DNA from: Macrostomum hystrix
Lineage: Eukaryota; Animalia; Platyhelminthes
Assembly (NCBI GenBank): GCA_950097015.1
Contig: CATNEN010000038.1
Location: 13,516,001-13,580,000 of the forward strand
Direction of reading: 5' to 3'
DNA length: 64,000 bases
Part shown: piece after piece, positions 50,175 through 60,800 of the stretch
How positions within the stretch are numbered: position 1 is the first letter of the stretch
How the letters are laid out: every line of letters begins with the position of its first letter
Notes under the pieces: model-generated
What the model saw: the letters and a program-made list of their open reading frames with translations, nothing else
Database searches by the model: none
Told to the model about the DNA's origin: nothing
Position numbers and translations under genes: made by a program

Positions 50175-53100
50175 ATGTCCAATCGCTACTCGAGCCTCTC
50201 CAATTGTTCAGCGGAGAGTGATCAACAGCAACAGATTAGGTTCGACAATCGCGTTGCCATAGTAACAGGCGCCGGCGCAGGCCTTGGCCGTCAGTACGCT
50301 CTGTACTTCGCCGCCAGAGGCGCCAGTGTTGTAGTGAACGATCTCGGCGGCGGCATTCATGGTGGCGACGGCGGCGACAGTCGACCAGCTGATCTCGTGG
50401 TGCGAGAGATTTTAGAGGCTGGAGGAAAAGCCGTGGCCAACTACAGCTCCGTGGAGGATGGCGAAGCAGTGGTTAAGACAGCTATTGATCGGTGCGAGTG
50501 TGCCCAATTAATAATAATAATAATAATTGCAGGAGGACTGCGGGCAATGGCACATCATTTGGTGACACAGCCAACGAGGAGGCAACTCTGCCCATTTCGC
50601 TGACTCTGAGCACACACGCACACATACTGAAAGCAGGCATACGCTGACACAGGTGTGTACATCTGCCCTGACTTTCTTATCATCAGGCAGTGTACACTCT
50701 CACTGTGCCTTGAAGGTTGGGCCTCAAGGGCGTGAATTGCACGACAAGCCCCCAAGCGTTCTCTTCGCGGCTGCGCCCCAAATAAATGTAACGCGGAATC
50801 AAGCTCAGGGACATTGGCGCGTGAGGCAAACGTGTTAACCGCTCTGCCACTCACCTATTGTGCCCATTAAGTCTGCTTTGGTTTTAATGCTCCTTTGAAG
50901 TTATTGAATATGTCAAGTATTTGGTCATTTTACCAAATTTGAAGTATTTTGGGTTGGTCATTATCACCATTAGATCAGGTCATTTGGGTTGGTCATTATC
51001 CCCATTCAATCAGGTCATTTGGGTTGGTCATTATCATTGAATTCGATCCGCAGCTTCGGCCGAGTTGACATCCTGGTCAATAATGCCGGAATCCTGCGTG
51101 ACAAATCCGTGCAGAACATGACTGACCAGGACTGGGATTTGGTTCATCGGGTCCACCTGCGCGGCAGCTTTCTTGTCACAAGGGCGGCCTGGCCGCACAT
51201 GCGTCGCCAGAAATTCGGCCGTGTCATTATGACGTCATCGGCAGCCGGAATCTATGGCAATTTCGGCCAGACCAATTACAGCGCAGCCAAGCTAGGCTTG
51301 CTAGGCTTGTCAAACACCTTGGCTTTAGAGGGCCGCAAATACGGCATCCTTTGCAACACCATCGCCCCCATCGCTGGCTCACGCCTAACAGAGTCTGTCA
51401 TGCCAGCTGACCTGCTTGAGCAGCTCAAACCCGAGTACGTGGCTCCCCTAGTGCTGTACCTGTGCCACGAGACCTGCGCGGAGACTGGCGGCCTGTTTGA
51501 AGTTGGCGCCGGTTGGATTGGCAAGCTCCGATGGGAGCGAACTAAGGGGGCCATTGTGCGTCAGGCTGGTAGAGCTTCGACACCGGAGTGCGTCAGAGAC
51601 AACTGGGCCAAGATCTGCGACTTTGCGGTGAGCCAGTGGGAGTCAGTCCTTGACTGAGTGACTGCAGACTGCCAATTCCCGCCTTTTAATTGGTGATTTT
51701 CGAGAATGTTTTAGCCTTGCGTGGAGTTTGTAGCCTTGTGTGGAGTTTGTAGCCTTGCGTGGAGTTTGTAGCCTTGTGTGGAGTTTGTAGCCTTGTGTGG
51801 AGTTTGTAGCCTTGCGTGGAGTTTGTAGCCTTGTGTGGAGTTTGTAGCCTTGTGTGGAGTTTGTAGCCTTGTGTGGAGTTTGTAGCCTTGTGTGGAGTTT
51901 GTAGCCTTGTGTGAAGTTTGTAGCCTTGTGTAGAGTTTGTAGCCTTGTGTGGAGTTTGTAGCCTTGTGTGGAGTTTGTAGCCTTGTGTGGAATTTGTAGC
52001 CTTGTGTGGAGTTTGTAGCCTTGTGTGGAGTTTGTAGCCTTGTGTGGAGTTTGTAGCCTTGTGTGGAGTTTGTAGCCTTGTGTGGAGTTTGTAGCCTTGT
52101 GTGGAGTTTGTAGCCTTGTGTGGAGTTTGTAGCCTTGTGTGGAGTTTGTAGCCTTGTGTGGAGTTTGTAGCCTTGTGTGAAGTTTGTAGCCTTGTGTGGA
52201 GTTTGTAGCCTTGTGTGGAGTTTGTAGCCTTGTGTAGAGTTTGTAGCCTTGTGTGAAGTTTGTAGCCTTGTGTAGAGTTTGTAGCCTTGTGTGGAGTTTG
52301 TAGCCTTGTGTGGAGTTTGTAGCCTTGTGTGGAGTTTGTAGCCTTGTGTAGAGTTTGTAGCCTTGTGTGAAGTTTGTAGCCTTGTGTAGAGTTTGTAGCC
52401 TTGTGTGGAGTTTGTAGCCTTGTGTGGAATTTGTAGCCTTGTGTGGAGTTTGTAGCCTTGTGTGGAGTTTGTAGCCTTGTGTGGAGTTTGTAGCCTTGTG
52501 TGGAGTTTGTAGCCTTGTGTGGAGTTTGTAGCCTTGTGTGGAGTTTGTAGCCTTGTGTGGAGTTTGTAGCCTTGTGTGGAGTTTGTAGCCTTGTGTGGAG
52601 TTTGTAGCCTTGTGTGAAGTTTGTAGCCTTGTGTGGAGTTTGTAGCCTTGTGTGAAGTTTGTAGCCTTGTGTAGAGTTTGTAGCCTTGTGTGGAGTTTGT
52701 AGCCTTGTGTGGAGTTTGTAGCCTTGTGTGGAGTTTGTAGCCTTGTGTGGAGTTTGTAGCCTTGTGTGGAGTTTGTAGCCTTGTGTGGAGTTTGTAGCCT
52801 TGTGTGGAGTTTGTAGCCTTGTGTGGAGTTTGTAGCCTTGTGTAGAGTTTGTAGCCTTGTGTGGAGTTTGTAGCCTTGTGTGGAGTTTGTAGCCTTGTGT
52901 GGAATTTGTAGCCTTGTGTAGAGTTTGTAGCCTTGTGTGGAGTTTGTAGCCTTGTGTGGAGTTTGTAGCCTTGTGTGGAGTTTGTAGCCTTGTGTGGAGT
53001 TTGTAGCCTTGTGTGAAGTTTGTAGCCTTGTGTAGAGTTTGTAGCCTTGTGTGGAGTTTGTAGCCTTGTGTGGAGTTTGTAGCCTTGTGTGGAATTTGTA

Positions 53101-56100
53101 GCCTTGTGTGGAGTTTGTAGCCTTGTGTGGAGTTTGTAGCCTTGTGTGGAGTTTGTAGCCTTGTGTGGAGTTTGTAGCCTTGTGTGGAGTTTGTAGCCTT
53201 GTGTGGAGTTTGTAGCCTTGTGTGGAGTTTGTAGCCTTGTGTGGAGTTTGTAGCCTTGTGTGGAGTTTGTAGCCTTGTGTGGAGTTTGTAGCCTTGTGTG
53301 GAGTTTGTAGCCTTGTGTGGAGTTTGTAGCCTTGTGTGGAGTTTGTAGCCTTGTGGTTAGAGCGTCGGACTCACGACTTGAAGGTTGGGGGTTCGATTTT
53401 CGACTCCACTGGAACATTTTGTGTCGTTTAGCCAGACACTTAACTCTGCATTGCTTCAGTTCATTCAGCTGTTAAATGTCCATGGACTGTATAGCTGCAA
53501 TAGCTGCGGCTGTGCTATCGGCTGCACATCTGGCCTAATTTGGGCAGGTGTAATCAAGTATTTAGTTAGAAATATTTGATTTGGCATAATTTTGGCAATA
53601 ATTTATTTCCTTGACATCGGCGATTTCGGTGACAGTCAGTTTTGTCTTTCCTTGACTACTGCAGGACTCAGATCGGCCTTCAACAATCGAAGAGAGCACT
53701 GGTAATTTTGTGTCAGTGCTTCAGAAGGTCGAGCAGTCGCCGCAGCAGCAGCAGAAGCCCCAGTTAAAAAGCCTGTCGGACCTGATTGGCTATGAAGGCG
53801 AGGCTTCGGAGGTGTCTTACGACTCTACGGAGGTCATTCTCTACGCACTTGGCGTTGGCATGTCCACCAGGCATGAGGGTCACCTGCGCTACCTGTTCGA
53901 AGGTGAGGCTTTTTTCTGTCTGCTCTTCTATTTATCATTTCAATCACTTCGTAACACTCGCCTCGCACAACAAACACGGCAGGCCACGAGAACTTCTCTG
54001 TGCTGCCAACCTTTGGCGTTATTCCGGCCTTCAAATCCAGCCTGGATTTCCTCCTGTCTGGCCTGTCCGGTCTGATCGATCCGGCACGAATTCTTCACGG
54101 CGAGCAGTACATCGAGCTGTTGAGGCCCTATCCCACCGAGGGCCGGCTGCGCACTCAATACCGCGTTACGGACGTCATGGACAAAGGCCGCGGCGCCGTC
54201 ATTGTGCTGGACACTCGAACTATTGACCTGGCTAGCGGAGAGGTGGGAAAATTGTATGCAGTGATCATGCTTTTAGGATCACCCTTTAGGATCAAAACGG
54301 CTCTTTTTAGGGTCACCATTTGTTAGTCAAAACGGCCCTTTTAGGATCGATATTTTAAAAACGCCGCTTTAGTTACCAATCCTCTTTCATTGCAGCCGGT
54401 CTGCCTTAACCAGTTCATCATATACGCCGGTGGCGCCGGGGGCTTTGGCGGCCATCGCGACTCGAAGGCGCCCAAAGCACTGGCCGAGCCCTTGAAATCG
54501 CAGCGCCAGCCGGATGCTGTGATCGAGGAGGCGACTTCTGTTGATCAGGCGGCTCTGTATCGCCTGTCCGGAGACAGAAATCCTTTGCACATTGACCCGT
54601 CATTTGCGGCAATGGGCGGCATGGATAGGCCGATACTGCACGGACTCTGCACCTTTGGCTATGCGGCTAGGCACGTTCTGGCTAGGTAGGCTGAAATTGG
54701 GCCCGCAATGCTCAACTTTTAAATAACTCATAACTTAAACTAGGTATAGAAAATCTAGGTTTCAGCCAGTGTTCTAGCCAATGTTTAGAAAAACAAGGTA
54801 TGGTTAAGTTTTTTTTTAATATCTTTTTGAAAAAGCGAACTTTTATAGTAAATTTAAAAAATTTCCCCTATTTCCCTCAGATACTGTGACAATGATCCAG
54901 CCAAATTCCGCGCCATGAAGGTTCGCTTCACTAAGCCGATTATTCCCGGTCAAACCATCGCCACCCGGATGTGGCTGGCCGAGCAAAGCCGCGTCCTAAT
55001 CGAATGTGTTGTCAAGGAGACTGGCGATGTCTGCCTCAGTGGCGGTTACGTGGACATTGTGCCAAACTCTGCTTCCAGTACGAACGGCGGTGGCGGCTCG
55101 GCTGGCATTTTCAACGAGATCGCCAGTCGCCTGGCCGCAAAGCCCGAATTGGCAAACGGTGCCAATGCAGTCTTCCTCTGGAGTCTGGACACTCCGGCCG
55201 GGCCCGTTAGCTGGAGTGAGTGGCTAAAATATACTCGTGTGTCTTTGACTCAACTTATAAATATTATGCGTAGGTAGGTAAATCGGTTTTATAATTAATT
55301 CAGGAAAGGAAATAACTTGTATAACTCGTAAATCTGGAATTTAACTGATGAGAATCAAAGCCATTATTTTCTTTTCTTTTTGAGACAAAATAACTCGTAG
55401 ATAGCTGTATTGCTTATCATTGGCTGGAATCGAACTCGACACCCTTTTTCGATTCTGAGTCCAATGTCTTTTAGGTTAGGTTAGGTTAGGTCTAGGCCAA
55501 GCCTAGCTGGGTGTAAGGTCTCATCTAACTCCCCACCAACTCACCTCTCCCACAAACTAAGCCTTCGATCTTCGCGCTAAGCCGCCCCGCGTCTATCAGG
55601 GCAAGCCGGAGTCTGCTAACGGCAAGGCCGACTGCGAACTTATCCTTAGTGAGGCCACCTTCCTGGACCTGGTGGCTGGCAAAGTCAATGCTCAAAAGGT
55701 TGGTTGAGACTTATTTTTTATTATTGCTTGTTTGTCCTTCAAAACTTGTGTTACTTAGTTTATGTTTCTGCCCCTTATGTCAGTCAGTCCTTCGTCTTTC
55801 ACAAATCCTTGGTCAAGTTCTTCGCGTCTGTGTCTTTGGTATCATCCAGTCCTTCAGAGCCACTCCTTCGAGTCCTTCAGGGCCACTCCTTCCAGTCCTT
55901 CAGGGCCACTCCTTCGAGTCCTTCAGGGCCACTCCTTCCAGTCCTTCAGGGCCACTCCTTCGAGTCCTTCAGGGCCACTCCTTCCAGTCCTTCAGGGCCA
56001 CTCCTTCGAGTCCTTCAGGGCCACTCCTTCCAGTCCTTCAGGGCCACTCCTTCCAGTCCTTCAGGGCCACTCCTTCGAGTCCTTCAGGGCCACTCCTTCC

Positions 56101-56347
56101 AGTCCTTCAGGGCCACTCCTTCCAGTCCTTCAGGGCCACTCCTTCGAGTCCTTCAGGGCCACTCCTTCCAGTCCTTCAGGGCCACTCCTTCCAGTCCTTC
56201 AGGGCATCTGCTGTCGCTTTAGTTTCCAAATCATTCCTAGATTTACCCGCATTCCAGGCCTTCATGTCCGGCCAACTGAAGCTCAAGGGAAACATTATGC
56301 TGAGCCAGAAGCTGGAGAAGCTACTCAAGGAGGGCGCCAAGCTTTGA
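50175..56347 (+). CDS. HSD17B4: Peroxisomal multifunctional enzyme type 2 (SDR dehydrogenase + hydratase 2 + SCP2), C-terminal PTS1 AKL
   Basis: Exons 50175-50491, 51054-51627, 53665-53902, 53983-54242, 54396-54685, 54881-55215, 55562-55698, 56258-56347, phases consistent. [61 protein letters not shown]...GAKL*. AATAAA at 56411. Confidence 0.96.
50512..50855 (-). mobile_element. SINE family A, full length with target-site duplication
   Basis: (ATT)n tail, tRNA-Val-like head; TSD TGTGCCCA(A)TTAA at 50499-50511 and 50859-50870. Confidence 0.88.
51711..53354. repeat. 19-bp intronic minisatellite (GTAGCCTTGTGTGGAGTTT), about 86 copies
   Basis: Direct periodicity; runs without a gap into the SINE head at about 53343. 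Confidence 0.98.
53343..53535 (+). mobile_element. SINE family B
   Basis: TGTAGCCTTGTGGTTAGAGCGTCGGACTCACGACTTGAAGGTTGGGGGTTCGATT (A and B boxes), CORE-like GACACTTAACTCT...GCTTCAGTTCATTCAGCTGTTAAATG, GTCCATGGACTG. Confidence 0.8.
55849..56204. repeat. 23-bp intronic minisatellite (CAGGGCCACTCCTTCSAGTCCTT), about 15 copies
   Basis: Direct periodicity in the last HSD17B4 intron. Confidence 0.96.
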
Positions 56348-56837
56348 GCACAGATAAGATGAGGAAGACTAATTTCTGTCTGATTTGAGGGCGAAATACT
56401 TCGCATAGTTAATAAACCATTGATTTCGCTTCTATGTAATTTGTCAACTTTGCTTCAATTCCTTAGATTCTAAGCAAGACTAATTTGCTAAGAAAGCCGA
56501 GATTAAATTATTTGCTTGACCAATCTTAAGTTTATTTGTTTTCATAATTTGCCTGTGTTGTTGTGCCCGACATTCTGCATGCGAATACTCGCCTGCTGAT
56601 CCATGTCCATGCTAGTTTGATTTAAAACTAAGAAAAATGAACCTAATATAGTCTTTGATTGTTTTTCATATTTTGTCTCGTTTTTATGCTAATGATTTAT
56701 CGATTGTTGATTTCCATTCAAACTAACTCATCAGTAAGTTTCATATGTTTGTTTCGTTTTTTCTTTTCTCTGGAACCGCTCTAACCGGCTTGCTTGGTAA
56801 CTCGCTATTTTTCACATTGATGGTTTGGAGATTGCAG

Positions 56838-56895
56838 TGGCAGCTCATTGGTCAGAGCCTCCGACTTCTGATCTGGAGGTCTGGGGTTCTGAGGG
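56838..56895 (+). mobile_element. tRNA-like SINE head fragment
   Basis: GCAGCTCATTGGTCAGAGCCTCCGACTTCTGATCTGGAGGTCTGGGGTTC: A box, anticodon-arm-like segment, partial B box. Confidence 0.45.
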
Positions 56896-56909
56896 TCTGA
56901 GGTTTCCTT

Positions 56910-57210
56910 AGGTTGAACTGCTACTTTCTCATTCAGGTCCTCAGGTTGAATTGCCACACCCTTATTCAGGTTCTCAGGTTGAATTGCCACACCCTTATTC
57001 AGGTTCTCAGGTTGAATTGCCACACCCTTATTCAGGTTCTCAGGTTGAATTGCCACACCCTTATTCAGGTTCTCAGGTTGAATTGCCACACCCTTATTCA
57101 GGTTCTCAGGTTGAATTGCCACACCCTTATTCAGGTTCTCAGGTTGAATTGCCACACCCTTATTCAGGTTCACAGGTTGAATTGCCACACCCTTATTCAG
57201 GTTCTCAGGT
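56910..57210. repeat. 33-bp intergenic minisatellite (AGGTTGAATTGCCACACCCTTATTCAGGTTCTC), about 8-9 copies
   Basis: Direct periodicity. Confidence 0.95.
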
Positions 57211-57893
57211 TAAACTAAGCGCCCGCATTGATCGCTGTAAAATGCAGGTGAACCAGTCGATATCGCTCCATCGCTCTCTCTCTCTAACTCATATTTCAGG
57301 GGATTTAATGAATAATCAGATTATTTCGCATCTGCTCCACCCGCCATCTTCACCCACCCATTGTGCTTTCAGATTTGAGTATCGCCCTGAGGCACACAAT
57401 CTCTGGTTGTGTTAACTGCTTGCAGTAAAAATTTCGCATTTTAATTGATTGTAAAATAATATATCGAGAGGCTGGGAGATTGGGAGAAGACGGCGGTAGG
57501 GAAGAATTTAGAATGAATCGGTATAACGGATGCGGATCCCAGATCCCAGTGTGGGTGGTGCTTGTGTACGCTGAAGAGCATAGCTCTATTGGGTCTATTG
57601 AGTCTATTGGGTTAATTTCAAATGCTCAAAAACTGATCAGCCGTTTGCGCCTGGCTCGCTGAGCAGAGCTGAGCTGGTTTTGCCTCATTGGCCGGGAACC
57701 TGCGGGTAATGTGGAGCGGAGGGTGAGATTGGAGCTCAGAGACAGGCAAATTTAGTTCGCGCCCTCTTACTCTTTCATCTGCGTAGCTGAAATTTTCATG
57801 AACCGCCGTGCAGCTTGGATTCAAGAGGCTTGCAGTCCCTTCACCTGGCCCCATATCTGCCCAGCATCTGGCTTCTATTCATTAGCAGCAGGC

Positions 57894-60800
57894 ATGCTCT
57901 ACGAACTGGTTATGATGCCGCCGCCACCGCCGATGCCGCATCACTCGCAGCAACAGCAGCAGCAGCAGAGTGGCGTGACGTCTGGCCTGTCCCCTGTCGC
58001 TGTGCCGCAGCCTGTCTACGTCAACAGTAGTGTTGCTATGCAGAACGCACTGACTGGCGCGCCTATTAGTAAGGTATGGAGTATGTTCAGTCACTGTTGG
58101 TGCTTGACTGACAGCCAGTCAGACATACAGCCAGACCAATCAGAAATAGTCTGACAGGTGACTCTACCGTGTTCTATGGGTTGGTGCTTGTCTGACAGGT
58201 GACTCTACCGTGTTCTATGGGTTTGTGCTGGTCTGACAGGTGACTCTACCGTGTTCTATGGGTTGGTGCTGGTCTGACAGGTGACTCTACCGTGTTCTAT
58301 GGGTTGGTGCTAGTCTGACAGGTGACTCTACCGTGTTCTATGGGTTTGTGCTGGTCTGACAGGTGACTCTACCGTGTTCTATGGGTTGGTGCTAGTCTGA
58401 CAGGTGACTCTACCGTGTTCTATGGGTTTGTGCTGGTCTGACAGGTGACTCTACCGTATTCTATGGGTTGGTGCTTGTCTGACAGGTGACTCTACCGTGT
58501 TCTATGGGTTTGTGCTGGTCTGACAGGTGACTCTACCGTGTTCTATGGGTTGGTGCTTGTCTGACAGGTGACTCTACCGTGTTCTATGGGTTTGTGCTGG
58601 TCTGACAGGTGACTCTACCGTGTTCTATGGGTTGGTGCTGGTCTGACAGGTGACTCTACCGTGTTCTATGGGTTGGTGCTAGTCTGACAGGTGACTCTAC
58701 CGTGTTCTATGGGTTTGTGCTGGTCTGACAGGTGACTCTACCGTGTTCTATGGGTTGGTGCTAGTCTGACAGGTGACTCTACCGTGTTCTATGGGTTTGT
58801 GCTGGTCTGACAGGTGACTCTACCGTATTCTATGGGTTGGTGCTGGTCTGACAGGTGACTCTACCGTGTTCTATGGGTTGGTGCTGGTCTGACAGGTGAC
58901 TCTACCGTATTCTATGGGTTGGTGCTGGTCTGACAGGTGACTCTACCGTGTTCTATGGGTTTGTGCTGGTCTGACAGGTGACTCTACCGTATTCTATGGG
59001 TTGGTGCTGGTCTGACAGGTGACTCTACCGTGTTCTATGGGTTGGTGCTGGTCTGACAGGTGACTCTACCGTGTTCTATGGGTTTGTGCTGGTCTGACAG
59101 GTGACTCTACCGTGTTCTATGGGTTGGTGCTTGTCTGACAGGTGACTCTACCGTGTTCTATGGGTTGGTGCTGGTCTGACAGGTGACTCTACCGTGTTCT
59201 ATGGGTTGGTGCTTGTCTGACAGGTGACTCTACCGTATTCTATGGGTTGGTGCTAGTCTGACAGGTGACTCTACCGTGTTCTATGGGTTTGTGCTGGTCT
59301 GACAGGTGACTCTACCGTGTTCTATGGGTTGGTGCTAGTCTGACAGGTGACTCTACCGTGTTCTATGGGTTTGTGCTGGTCTGACAGGTGACTCTACCGT
59401 GTTCTATGGGTTGGTGCTGGTCTGACAGGTGACTCTACCGTGTTCTATGGGTTGGTGCTGGTCTGACAGGTGACTCTACCGTGTTCTATGGGTTGGTGCT
59501 AGTCTGACAGGTGACTCTACCGTGTTCTATGGGTTGGTGCTGGTCTGAAATGTGTCTCCAATGTGGTCTAAATGTAACTGTAAAATATGAAGTAGAGACA
59601 GTGAGCTACGCTACCAATCGGCTTTAAACCGCTTTTAGCAGTGCATGTACGAAATGCCTGTGCAGACACGGATAACACGTAACATTGCTTAGACTTAGAC
59701 GACAAATAGTTTCGTTGGAGAATCGATACTTTACTGTGCAGTTTAGCTGCAGTGACTGAAGCAGTGTACAGCGCGACTGCAGCGCAGCGCAGCGATCGCT
59801 CCGAACAGAGAACGGGACAGCACGAGCTGGTAATTTTTCAGCGAGACGCTTTGGAGCTTCGAATTTCGGACTGAAGCACAAAAATGAAAATGAGAGATCG
59901 ATAGTGAAGATAAAGGGGAACACAAGCATGATTTCTTTAAGAATTTAATCATGAAACAGAAAAGCGATTGCTACATTTCAGCCCGCTTTGGTCTGATCAG
60001 TGCTAATATATATTTTGCTATGGAACTTTTCCTACCTTACCGTAAAAATCTGCAGAAAATTTCAAACATTATTCAAGTCTGCTGGTCGATTGCAGTAAAT
60101 GCTGAAGTATGCCATTTCTAGCTTTAAAAAATTGTTGCGGTGCAGGTTGACATTGCTTCCAAAAGAGTTTAGATTTGCCTGGAAGAAGTTGACTAATATC
60201 TTTGAAGAAGTTAAAACGGCAGCCCCAAGTTCTAATAAGTCTTTGTTAGAACTTAGCCGTCTTTTATAGAATGTATCACGCGAGTCATGCATGGCTCAGG
60301 GTCTAAATGCTATCATATTTTAAAATCGGAGAACACATAGAAAGCGTGCCTTAAGGTCATTTGAACTAATGTAAATACACCACGATTAAAGACAGCCAGT
60401 TAAGGTCACTCATGGCAAAGCCAAATTTGCCACGTGGGGCATGCTGTCAAGGTCGCTGGTAGGAAGAACGATACCTTTTTGCTATCTCGTAGTTTGCCAT
60501 ACTGCAACTAATTTTGCCCAATGAGAGAATTTACTTTAATATATATTACTATATCTTGGCTCAGCCCGCCCATTCGTTTGAACCATAGACAAATCCTTGA
60601 AACTGCATTCAACTTTGCAAAAGACTGCGATCAAGTTTGCACGAAACTAATTTTTTTGAGAATGAATCAACTAAAACTAACGGAATGAGCTGACGCACTG
60701 CACAATGAATTCGAAGAGTTGTTAAAGTCAGTGACTAAGTTGATATAAGTATAAGTTATCACCCACTTTTTTTATTTATTTTGGCCGGGAACGGCTAAGG

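Noticed and set aside
51711-53417. 568-aa minus-strand ORF
   Set aside because: 19-bp array antisense within an HSD17B4 intron; its start lies in a SINE.
55471-55490. (TTAGG)4 telomere-like tract
   Set aside because: Only four units within an intron; an ordinary microsatellite, uninformative about telomeres or taxon.
58149-59548. CRISPR-like regular repeats (this and other arrays)
   Set aside because: No unique spacers, no cas genes, eukaryotic intron context.
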